DNA of 62,631 bases, filler included, from Hausera hauseri (taxonomy: Eukaryota): NCBI GenBank assembly GCA_046269625.1. It is 10 parts of 10 records of this genome, joined end to end, with 100 filler letters (N's around TTAATTAATTAA, not from the genome) between each part and the next. Parts side by side here need not be neighbours in the genome. Positions count along the whole stretch, not along the records: positions 20,673 to 32,274 come from JBJURY010084435.1; positions 32,375 to 36,487 come from JBJURY010752320.1; positions 36,588 to 42,680 come from JBJURY010141982.1; 7 more parts are not named here. One strand, written 5' to 3'. Under the pieces are notes generated by a model, which saw only the letters and a list, made by a program, of their open reading frames with translations, had not been told where the DNA came from and searched no databases. A program made the position numbers and the translations under genes. This document shows, one piece after another, positions 27,901-39,500 of this stretch. Position 1 is the first letter of the stretch, and each line of letters begins with the position of its first letter.

Positions 27901-30900
27901 ATTTCAAGTCTATGCGATGATTCCGTAACAAATGATGATTTATCAGATATAAAAGACGCTGCTACAATGTTAAAAGAGATGAGTGACGCTCTAGCTAATT
28001 TGACACCTGAAGAATTAGAAAATAAGTTTTCTGAAGTGAGTTTAATGTACAAAACTGATCGGCCAACACTTGTAGATAGAACTTGTGATGCCAATACTAA
28101 ATGTAACAGAGCACTCCACAATGTCGAACAGGAATTTAATATATTAAGGCATTTAGTTAAAACTTTATCATCTACTGTGGACCAACCAACAGAATTAATG
28201 ACTCGAGTTAAGACATCCGTTAATGTTTTGGAAAAATGCGTACAATACTTATCGGCAAGATCAGAAATATTCGGTGCATCACAACAGATTAATTTGTTTG
28301 GAATTTATGAGGAAGAGATGAAAACGGCATCCATCTCGGACGTAATGCAAGAGTACAGTTTACGGATTACGAAACAAAGAGACGAAATGTTGAAATCATT
28401 GAATGAGGAGCTGACAATGTTATCTACAGAAGTGGCATTACGTCAGCAATTACGTCAGACAGAGGATGCAACGACAGCTGAGGATAGAGAAGTAGCATTA
28501 CGTCAGCAATTACGTCAGACAGAGGATGCATTGGCATGTGCAGATCAACAAATTGAGGAGTTGACAATGGCCAATGAGACATCCTTGCAGGAATTACGTA
28601 ATCAATTACGTCAGGTCGTTGGAGAACGTGATGAAATGTTCCATCGATTACAGGATACTGAAATGGAATTATTGGATAGTACAAAAAGTCTGTCGACATT
28701 ACAAAATGTGTTAGATAAATTTCAACAAGATCAGTCATCAGATATGGCCTTTGAACGAGTGGAAGAGCTTTTGAGAATGCAAACGGTTCTCTTTAGAACC
28801 ACATTTCTTGATTGCGACGGGGTATCAGATCCCCTTAAAAAATCTGTGACATTTGTTAAATTTGCAGTGAAAATTCGATACATATTAGACTACGATGGGA
28901 CGAGCTACAGATGTCATCACGGATTTCGTCGATGTTACGATAAAAACGCACTCTGCTTAGAAGACAAAGTCTTGTCAGTCAATGACGAAATAACATACGG
29001 GATTCCGCCTAAGCTGACTTCGGTATTGAGGACTGACACGGAGAACAAAATTCAATTTAGACCTAAGGAGCAAATTAATACTTCAAAGGTTAGAAATTGT
29101 ATCATTGTTATACATCGCCGCCGATCGTTTTTGTCCCTTTCCCGGGTCTTACGTCTGGATCAAAGAGATCATAAAAAACCCACTCGCGCATGTAAAGTTC
29201 ACGCGATTATTAAATTGATTGATATAATTGTTTCCTCATTAAAAGAATGTTCCACTTCATCTAGCTTGGAACCGTATAAAGTTGTTAAAGTTAATGTATA
29301 CATAAGTTTCTATATAGACGTATATCACGCCAGACCTGTACTAATACCGAGACAGATAATCGGAAAATTTGAAATCGAAAAAAGTAACCAATTATCTGTT
29401 GGGGGGTGTTCCTTGTTTAATAAAGGTTATAAAAATACTAAAATTAGAATCGAAATGAACATACGCCTTTTAACTGAGTGTACACGTATGCTTATGAACG
29501 TCTTAATACTCTTTAGTAATATTTTAAATTATAATAAAGATGACACTTATTTTAAGATATTACAAAACAAATTCCTCAATAGTCAGCGTACAAGTCATTT
29601 ATATGCTGACGATAAAATAATACTAGAAGAACGACCAATAAATCTTTCGAGAAAAATTCAATTACATGATATGGATAATCAAGTTACCAATGAAAAATCA
29701 CTAAAGATATCTAAGTTCATATTGGTAACACTGGATAAATTAAAAATAATACGTAGCATTAGAAATAAACTTCCGGAAATCACTACAGGTAAAGCAAGAA
29801 AAATAAATTATAGAAATAGTGTAGAAATTCGTCCACTACCTAATATGGATGTCGAGAACGTTAAAAAATTATCGGAAGTCAAGTATAAACAAATAATCAT
29901 AAAAATAAACCAGAACTCTCCTATAGTTGTTGACGTTGATGAAACTGAGTCCATTAATTCATTAAAGCAAAAAATATCAAAGAAATGTCACATAAAAATG
30001 GAGGAAATTGAGATCATTTACAAAAACAAGAAATGGAGGGACTATGAGACTTTACATAGAATCTCGCATGGGACGACCTTGAACATCAATTATGGATTGA
30101 AAGGAGGGAGCGCCGGTGAAATTGAGGACTTTGAAAGTAGAATTTTAGCAAAGGATGTACTGAGAGTTGAATTGACTATCCAGAGGAAGTCACTGATGAA
30201 TAAAAAATTGACAGAAGATGAGTTTCTGCAACAAAATGATAATTATGACGAAATCTTTAAAAAACTCTCCATTGAGCTCAGCACTTTGAAGCTACTCGCT
30301 AGAAAATTGAAGAAAAAGGAAGAATTAGCAGAACTAGTCGATGAATCAAAAAATATTGAGATACAAAATGAGGAAGTGATAAAGATGATTCACATGAAGA
30401 ATTTCACGACCTTAGAAAAAGGGAAGGAAAAAGAGACTTATAATGAATATTTAGCACCTAAGCTGAAACGTGTTGAACTCCCAAAATTCTGTGGAAATGT
30501 TGCTGAGTTTGAGAAATGGAAGCAGATCTTCAAAACATGTATAGATAAAACGTCCCTCTCCAGTACAGATAAGCAAATCCAACTAGAAAATTCCTTGTAC
30601 GGAGAAGCTAAACGTTTAGTCCAAAATTACGATCTTTCTGAAACATCCTACAAGGCAGCACTCGAAAAATTGGAACGATACTATGGGGGAAATCATAGAA
30701 ACTATGCATCCCTTATGTCGGAAGTTATGGGATTTCAAAAGATAAGCACACATAACATTAAAGAGTTGGATTCCTTCACCATATTGTTAGACTCAGTCAT
30801 TTTGAGGTTGAAGAATTTGAATCGAGAGACAGAGTTAGAAGATGGACTGTTGTATCAAAGCTTAATTCAGAAACTACCTGAAATTATGGTATTAACGTGG

Positions 30901-32274
30901 GAACGTTATCGAGAAGACAAAGATAAGAAGCGAAATGTGTATAATTTAAAGGCTTGGGTGGAGAAGGAAGCGGAACTAAAACGTATAGCGGCGGAAGGAG
31001 TTCATGGAATAAATGTTCTAACACTATACAGAGATAAACACTCCGAAAGACCGATAAAGAATTCCTTTTATACTAATGGGAAAGTAGAAAAACCTACACG
31101 AACAAACAAAATCGGAAGTAACACCAAAGAAGATAGAGGTAGGAGGAATGACAATTGTCAGGGAAATTTAGGAAGTCAGAAAAAACTCTGTAAATATTTT
31201 GAAATCGGTAAATGTCGTTTTGGTAATTCATGTACATTCCTACACGAGGAGAAAAATTATAAAAATACGAATCAAAAACCTTGTTCATATTTTTTAAGAG
31301 GGAGTTGTAGATACGGTAATAATTGTCGGTTTAAACATGAAAAAATCCCGGATATCAATAGACCAGAGATTGACTGTTCAGAAACTCTTGACAAAAATTT
31401 ACACAGAAATGAGATATCCAGAACTTCAATTGATATTGATAGGAATAAAACACTACCGAATGTGAATCATCGTCAAACAAAAGAGAGTGAATCCTCAGAA
31501 AAGCGAATCTTTATGACAAAAATGGGAAGTGAAGAACTCGGGACGCAAGATAAGGTAGCATTAAGAACAATTTCGGTATACTTAATTCATGGGAAAAGGA
31601 AAGTCAAGGTAAACATGTTATTAGACGATGCTAGTACAGATAGTTTCCTCGAGGAAGACATCATACAACAATTAGGACTTTGTGGAAGAGAAGAAGAGAT
31701 TACAGTAGCAGTGATCGGAGGTAGCCAACAGAAACAAAAAGCGACGAGAGTTAAAACGACCTTACAAAGTTTAGATGGTGGTATCTGTGAACAATTCAAT
31801 GCATTGTCTATAAGGAAGCCAACGGGAAATATGAAGGTTATCAATTGGGCTATAGAAAAGAAATATTGGTCTCATTTGCGAGGTATCGAATTTACAAAAA
31901 CGGGAACAAACGAGTACGTCGATGGAATTATTGGAGCGGATTATATACACCTCCATAGATCTATAAGAGAAGTTTCAGGTAAGATAGGGGGGCCGATAGC
32001 TAGATTGACACCCCTCGGTTGGACATGCGTTGGAACGCTAAACGTATCCGTAAATAAATTAACACGTAGTAATCTAGTACGTACTTACTGGACAAGAACA
32101 GATGAGATGAACGAAGATATAAGGAGGTTGTGGGAAGTTGAAAATTCAATTGAAGAAAAGGAAGCTTGGTCAAAATTAGACAAAGAAATTATACAAGTTA
32201 CAAAAAATGGGATAAAAAAGACGGAAGAAGGAAGATACGAGGTTTCTCTACCTTGGAAGGAGAACATGGATGAA
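21931..32274 (+). CDS. Mosaic ORF of over 3400 codons: host gene fragments fused to BEL/Pao Gag-PR (probably chimeric)
   Basis: Uninterrupted frame: FN3 repeats plus TM (~22471-24300), FN3/Ig (~25090-25560), calcium-binding EGF repeats (~25560-26380), Ser-rich and coiled-coil blocks (~26400-28750), then retroelement domains from ~29845. Low confidence that this is one real protein. Confidence 0.4.
22471..24680 (+). CDS. LAR/PTPR-type receptor fragment (FN3 repeats, TM, juxtamembrane; no PTP domain)
   Basis: VTLPEEKPTKPPRDI...SINLVWKSPDARFRNGKIIVYEI...YTNKGSGPWT; CSERNGNIKYYHLII; TM ITLSVTLSGILIAVISIITGCVV followed by HKRK. Confidence 0.7.
25561..26380 (+). CDS. Tandem calcium-binding EGF repeats (fibrillin/fibulin-like fragment)
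   Basis: Repeated D(I/V)DEC...C.NT.GSY.C.C units. Confidence 0.85.
27990..28400 (+). CDS. MRVI1/LRMP(IRAG)-like coiled-coil fragment
   Basis: LTPEELENKFSEVSLMYKTDRPTLVDR and LSARSEIFGA resemble the conserved MRVI1 domain as recalled. Confidence 0.55.
29845..32274 (+). mobile_element. BEL/Pao element C, intact 5' part: UBL(GG)-Gag-2xCCCH-protease; truncated by the spacer
   Basis: UBL 29884-30108 ending NYGLKGG; PKLKRVELPKFCGNVAEFEKWKQIF; CCCH pair 31189-31338; VNMLLDDASTDSF; GPIARLTPLGWTCVG; GRYEVSLPWK. Confidence 0.93.
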
Positions 32275-32414
32275 NNNNNNNNNNNNNNNNNNNNNNNNNN
32301 NNNNNNNNNNNNNNNNNNTTAATTAATTAANNNNNNNNNNNNNNNNNNNNNNNNNNNNNNNNNNNNNNNNNNNNAACAGCAGCAGATTGTAGCTCTATAG
32401 AAAATTTAATTGTT

Positions 32415-32693
32415 GTGTTAAATCAAATGAACATTCACCGATTGTACGATAAAAATTACTTTAATGCTGTTGAAAAGGTACGCGGTGAATTAAAGAACCT
32501 AAAAGAGAAAATAATAAACAAAGTACGAGACTGTAAGTTTATGTGTGTACTATGTAAACAAAGAATAGTGGATACTGTATTCTTAATGTGCGGCCACCTC
32601 GTTGCTTGTCAAATGTGTTCCAACACCACCACCAAGGTAACCCACCAATGTCCAGAATGAAAATGTACTGCATTGAAAGTTGTACACATTTAA
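32415..32693 (+). pseudogene. IAP/C3HC4_3-type RING finger fragment
   Basis: CVLCKQRIVDTVFLMCGHLVACQMCS...CPE*KCTALKVVHI; the last ligand Cys position is TGA. Confidence 0.7.
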
Positions 32694-32843
32694 TATGAAT
32701 AAATGAATACATTGACTTTTCTGTAATGCGTGGAGTTTATAGGGGCAATTTGTTACAATGACTCTCATTGTTGACACGGTTGTAATATAAACAAAACAGC
32801 AGGTTGTAGAAGTATATATATAGCGATATAATTTCATTTCAAT

Positions 32844-33389
32844 TTGTCTCTATTTCTCTCTTTCTCTCTCTCTTTGACAATTAATTCCGATAAAGCACCA
32901 ATAGATTTGAGTTCTGCCGCTGCTGTTGCAAGTCAACCACGATATAATCAGTATTCGGTAAGACCGTCTCGGTTGTACAATGGCTACAAACTGAACTACC
33001 TACGAACGCCCATTCAGTTGTCATTGGCGCAACCGGTCAAACTCAAGCAGGTGAAATACGGTTTGTTGGCAAAGAAAATCAGCGACAGTGATTTGAATAC
33101 GATGGAACGTACGCTGAAAAACGTCAACAGTGATTTGGTGTTGTCCAGTGATATTCGGGACACATCATCTCTTTTTCTCAAGGGCAATATGAAAAATATT
33201 GTCCGTTCAAGTGATGATGAAACAACAACAACAACAACAACAGAAGCGACGACTTTGCCATCCGAATGTGCTAAAGGCTGCTTGACGCTGAAATTGAAAG
33301 GCTATAAAAACTATGTGGCGTTTAATCCCAAATGTGGAAACTGGGGAAGTTTAGTCTCATTTAACTTGCTTTCTTTTTGTGTTTTATGA
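32844..33389 (+). CDS. Unidentified coding fragment with a Thr run and Cys residues
   Basis: 181-codon ORF with coding-like GC content; no family recognised. Confidence 0.3.
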   Translation: MSLFLSFSLSLTINSDKAPIDLSSAAAVASQPRYNQYSVRPSRLYNGYKLNYLRTPIQLSLAQPVKLKQVKYGLLAKKISDSDLNTMERTLKNVNSDLVLSSDIRDTSSLFLKGNMKNIVRSSDDETTTTTTTEATTLPSECAKGCLTLKLKGYKNYVAFNPKCGNWGSLVSFNLLSFCVL

Positions 33390-33627
33390 TTAATAAATTA
33401 TTGATTTTACTTTTCTCTTAATTCGTTATTTTATTAAATGCCATATATAATAATAATAATAATAATAATACGTTAAATTAAAAAGACAAAACAAAACAAA
33501 ATACGTGAACAAATATACATTATTCATCAAATCAAATGACAGTAAGTGTCATAGTTTTTATAAATTGTACTGACTGTCTGACTGATTGTACTTGGTCTGA
33601 GCTGCCTGACTGTGCAATTTATGTGCT

Positions 33628-36487
33628 TTACTTCAACCGCCAATGTCCGTACGCCCAACTCTTATTCCGCCTCACCCACTTTTGCTTGTCATCGTTGCAT
33701 GACAAAGCAACCTTTGTATTTGTGACTGTATACAGCTGGTGCTCAATCGATCGTATGGTTGTTTGAGACGCAACAGCCTTTCCTCCTGCTCCTTCTTCTT
33801 TTCCATCATGGATGCGGCGATAATCACCGTGACTTAGTTCCATCTGTTTCAGCTGGATGCCTTTTGCCCGAATTTTTGGCCCACAGTCCATCAGAAGACT
33901 GTAGCACTTTGGGCGTGGAAATATCCATTCCCTGTACTTGATACGGCCTTCTCTTTTGTCTTTGAAACAGCCGATTTTGTTTGTTATCGCGCTGCTGTAC
34001 AGCGGATGATTCGACAAGTAGTTAGACGTGTCCAGTAGTCCATCTGCCATAATTTGTTGGAGCAACTGGTCCCGATCGATGTTTTTCAGCTCCGAGAAAA
34101 AGATATCTGTGTCACCGGCAACAATATTGATCTCACAGCCGTCGGCGAACATTTGCCGATAACGTGCCAAGTCGCGATACTGGAGCTCGTACATGTGCAA
34201 ATTTCTCAGGTCCAGTACTACTTGTCCGATGTAGCTTGGCCGGTCCAGTACTACTTCTTCCCTGTTGAGAAGCACGGCGACTAATCCGTCGGCAATGATC
34301 ATTGACCGCCTAAACTGAGCCTTGCTGGTGTACGTAACTAGCCGCTTTTCGTTGTTGCACAGGTGCACATTGAACCGCTTTTCGAGGTTCTCTACCGTTT
34401 TGTGTAAAGAAAATTATTTTTCAACTTGTAATAGTCCTTGTCGAACTTTGTACAAGCTGCGGCTCGTTTTCCGGAATTTCCATCGATGTACGCCTTGAAT
34501 ATCGGCGCCTGATTAAAGCGGATTGCACGATGCAACTGTGTGACGCGTACACCCAACTGCATGTAAAACTGAGGCAGATTCCAATGAACCACGTAATTCA
34601 GCTTCGGTTCATGCATCATGAGCAATTTCTTTACTATTGTTGAGCCGCCGGGCGGACATTGGCTGATTGGTGCCACGGGTAATTCGTCCAAAGCGTCATG
34701 CAGCTCATCGGGTACCACGAGATCGACTTCCATTAGGTAGCCGACTGCGCTGCTTTCTGTCATTATTGTTGCTGCTGCTGCTGTCAGACTGTCCATTAAT
34801 GCATCTAATTCTTGTTTTTCGACAACCCATTCAAATAAACCGTACGGCAAGGGTTGCGAAAGCGCCCAGCCATACAGGTTATTAATGTCGATGTACAACA
34901 TTGACGTGGTATCATCACTGGTTACGTGATGTTTGTTGACAAACGTCATGCCGTCACGAATGCCAACGTCAAACAAGCGGTACATTTCCAGGTCTTGCAG
35001 CAGCTTAATGTCCCGATCAAGTGACAGTAGAGCTGATGCCCAATTCACTCCCGGTATTGAGTAAAAGTTGAGCGGTCCCAACCTATCTTCCGCCAACGCC
35101 TTAGCACGAAATGCCGGAAACACCTCGGCCAGCAAGTACACATTCAGTTTCAGGTACTGGAGCATGTACTCCAACATGTTTCTGCAGCCGAGCTTTGCCC
35201 ACGCTTTCTGTACTCTGTGGTACTCGTTCTCTGTGATTCCAGCCCATTGTGGAAGGAATTCCTCTGTTATCTGAAGCCGCTCGTATAAAATAGCAAAGTC
35301 GTATGGGAATATGCCTTTGCTGAGTGCAATATGCGAGGGAAACTGCGTCAGCGTTATCGGCACATCCTGCAAAGCACTTACGAGCTTTCCTAGAGACTCA
35401 TTCAGGAAGTGCAATGAGTCAAGAAACCGTACCTGAAACCAGTTTATACGTGCCGATAGGGACAAATACTTCTCCATCGTTGTTGGAATTATGGATAATT
35501 TCCTGTGTTGAAATCCGCTGATGGCCCATTTTTAAATATGGTGACAGTCATAACCCCGGAAGTTGTGAAATATCACCGGTAGGAATGGCCGCACACGCCT
35601 TGCCAAATTGTATGCCTTGCATGCTGCTCCCAGCTATCGATCGGTGAAATGATCATGGTCCGGTACGAGCCGTCCCTGTGATTCGAACGGCAATATTTTG
35701 TGGTGGCACAAATAGCATTCATCCGTGATTGCAAACGTCAGGCGTTCATCTTCATCTGACCACATCAAGGGTTTATTGTTATTTCTACTGTAGCAGGGTG
35801 CGACTTCCGTTTCTATTATTGTTTCCAACTGATGCAGGAAATTGCGTACGCATTTCCAGCCATGAAAAATGTAATATTGCGGTTGACCTGCAGCTTTTAT
35901 TGGGACAAACAACACACCGATGACGATTGGAACATGTTTTTGGTCATATATGTTGTGCCGTGGTAAGATAGCTTTGATAGCGGCATATACAACGTATTTC
36001 GGACTGTCCGTTTTCGACCAGTCACCGAATCGGGCTACTTTTTGAGTGGCATTACGTACATGGTTGTTCCCGTTGAATTTTGTCTGCACAGAGTCACGTG
36101 TTTCTTCCATGTTGTCTCTGATCTGAATCTGTGCAGACACACGGGACACCATTTATACCGTATTTCCTTTTCAATGAACTGGTCATATTCCATGTTCAAC
36201 AGTCTGTCCAGATTTGCTACTGCAACGTAATGCAATTTTTACTTTTTTGCTCCAATAAAAACAAATTTATTGGGCAACCATTTGGGTTCCGACTACGGTA
36301 GATTATATCCACATGGGGGGTTTTGTAAATTTCTTTATCCGCCGGTATTTCTACGATTGTGTTGTATCGCAGCACATTTATTGCCAGTGTCGGATTACGC
36401 CGTTCAAATTTCGGAATGGATTTCAGTTTCATCGGCATCCAGCTTTCATCGAAATCCAATTCGGAAAAATATTTCTGATACTGTTTT
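33628..36487 (-). mobile_element. Polinton/Maverick-type protein-primed family B DNA polymerase, decayed (copy 1)
   Basis: Zn finger CPVCLHRF...H, endonuclease VII-like CYLC...DHDHFT, FHNFRGYDCH, FLDSLHFLNESL, KGIFPYD, YIDINNLYGWAL, KLKNNFLY, GDTD, PKCYSL, AKGI and YGHW. Confidence 0.92.
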
Positions 36488-36587
36488 NNNNNNNNNNNNN
36501 NNNNNNNNNNNNNNNNNNNNNNNNNNNNNNNTTAATTAATTAANNNNNNNNNNNNNNNNNNNNNNNNNNNNNNNNNNNNNNNNNNNN

Positions 36588-39500
36588 AGAGAGGCAGAGA
36601 GACATAGATAGAGTTACAGAGCGGCAGAGAGACAGAGACAAAGAGAGGGAGACAGAGAGACACAGACACAGACACAGACCGAGACCGAGAGACAGAGACA
36701 GAGACAGAGACAGAGAGGCAGAGAGACATAGATAGAGTTACAGAGCGGCAGAGAGACAGAGACAAAGAGAGGGAGACAGAGAGACACATACACAGACACA
36801 GACCGAGACCGAGAGACACAGTCAGAGACATAGACCGAGACAGAGATAGAGATAGAGAGACAGAGACAGAGACAAAGACACAGAGAGACAGAGACAGGGA
36901 GACAGAGAGAGAGAGGCAGAGATACAGAGGCACAAAGATACAGAGAGAGACACAGGCAGAGACAGAGAGAGACAGAGAGACAAGGAGACAGAGAGTCAGA
37001 GATATAGAGACAGAAAGACAGATAGACAGATACAGAGTGACACACAGAGGGAGAGACACAGACACATACCGAGATAGAGAGACAAAGGCAGAGCCACACA
37101 CATACAGCGAGACAGAAACTGAGACAGAAAGAGAGAGAGGCAGAGGTAGAGAGAGACAGAGAGACAGAAAGACATAGGTAAAGATGCAGAGAGACAGAGA
37201 GACAGTGAAAGAGACAAACAGACACAGAGAGAGGGAAAGNNNNNNNNNNNNNNNNNNNNNNNNNNNNNNNNNNNNNNNNNNNNNNNNNNNNNNNNNNNNN
37301 NNNNNNNNNNNNNNNNNNNNNNNNNNNNNNNNNNNNNNNNNNNNNNNNNNNNNNNNNNNNNNNNNNNNNNNNNNNNNNNNNNNNNNNNNNNNNNNNNNNN
37401 NNNNNNNNNNNNNNNNNNNNNNNNNNNNNNNNNNNNNNNNNNNNNNNNNNNNNNNNNNNNNNNNNNNNNNNNNNNNNNNNNNNNNNNNNNNNNNNNNNNN
37501 GACAGACATAGAGAAACAGATTGACAGATAGGCGGAGACAGAGAGACATATACAGAGAAATAGAAATGCAGACACAGACCGAGACAGAGAGACAGCGACA
37601 TAGACAGACAGACAGATAGACAGTGTCGGAGACAGACACAGGGACAGAGACAGAAAGATAGAGACACAGAGAGACAGAAAGACAGAAACAGAGATACAGA
37701 GGCACAGAGACACAGAGAGAGACACAGACAGAGACAAAGAGATACAGAGAGACAAGGAGACAGGACGACAGAGAGACAGAGAGTCAGAGATATAGAGACA
37801 GAAAGACAGATAGACAGAGACAGAGTGACACACAGAGGGAGAGACACAGACACATACCGAGATAGAGAGACAAAGGCAGAGTCACAGAGAGACTGAGAGA
37901 CAAACCGAGACAGAGAGACTGAGACAGAAAGACAAAGAGACAGAGACAGAAACAGAGAGAGACAGAGAGACAGAGAGGCAGAGGTAAAGATGCATAGAGA
38001 CAGAGAGGGAAAAACAGGGAGACGGAGTCAGAGACAGAGAGACAGATACAGAAACAGAGAGACAGGGACAGAGAGGCAGAGAGAGACAGAGACAGAGACA
38101 CACGGAGAGACAGAGAGACAGAGAGACAGAGAGACAGCGACAGCGAGACAGATAGGCAGAGAGACAGAAATAGAGAGACAGGGAGACAGAGAGAGACAGA
38201 GACAGGGACAGAGAGCGACAGAAAGACAGAGAGGCAGAGGAAAAATACAGAGTGACCGATAGACAGAGACAGAGAGACACAGACAGAGAGAGAGATTCAG
38301 ACACAGACCGAGACAGAGAGACAAAAACAGAGTCACAATCACATACAAAGACCGAGACACATAGACAGGGACAAAGAGACAGAGAGAAAGTAACACACAG
38401 ACACAGACAGAGACAGAGAGACAGAGTCAGAAAGACAGAGAGACAGAGAGACATAGAGACAGAGGCAGAGAAAGACAGAGAGACAGAGAAGCAGAGGTAA
38501 AGATACAGAGATACAGAGAGACAGACACAGAGAGAGACAGAGAGATAACAACAGAGACAGAGACACAGACACAGTCCGAGACAGAGACAGCGACATAGAC
38601 AGACAGACAGAGAGACAGTGTCGGATACAGACACAAAGACAGAGACAGAGAGATAGAGACAGAGGAATAGAGACACAGAGAGACAGAAAGACAGAGAGAC
38701 AGAGATACAGAGGCACAGAGATACAGAGAGAGACACAGACAGAGACAGACAGAGACAGAGAGACAGAGGCATAGAGAGACAGAGAGAGAGAAAGGCGGGG
38801 GTAGAGAGACAGAGGGACATAGACACACAGACAGAGACAGAGAGAGGGACAGACACAGAACGAAACAGAGAGACAAAGACAGAGACGCAGACACAGACAC
38901 AGACCGAGAAAGAAAGACAGAGACAGAGATACAGACATAGAGACAATGAGACAGAGAAATAAAGACACAGAGAGAGAGAGGCAGAGACATAGACAGAAAG
39001 AAACAGGGAGAGAGAGACATAGACAGAGATACAGAGACAGAAACAGAGAGACAGAGAGACAGCAGCAGAGAGACAGAGAGGCAGAGAGACAGAGACAGAG
39101 ACATAGACAGAGAGACAGAGACATTAAGAAAGTGAGATAGAGAAAACGAGGCACAGAGATACAGAGAGAGAAACAGAAAGACACAAAGAGATAGAGACAG
39201 GGAGACAGAGACAGAGAGACAGAGAGGCAAAGAGACAGAGACAGAGACATAGACAGAGAGGCAGAGACATTTAGAAAGTGAGACAGAGAGAACGAGGCAC
39301 AGAGATACAGAGAGAGACACAGAACGAAACACAGAGATAAAGACAGAGTCACAGTCACATACACAGACCGAGACAGAGATACACGGACATAAAGACAGAG
39401 AGACAGAGAGATAGAGACAGAGACAGAAAGACAGAGAGACAGGGACAGAGAGAGAGTCAGGGAGACAGAGACAGAGAGATAGGGACAGACACAGACCGAG

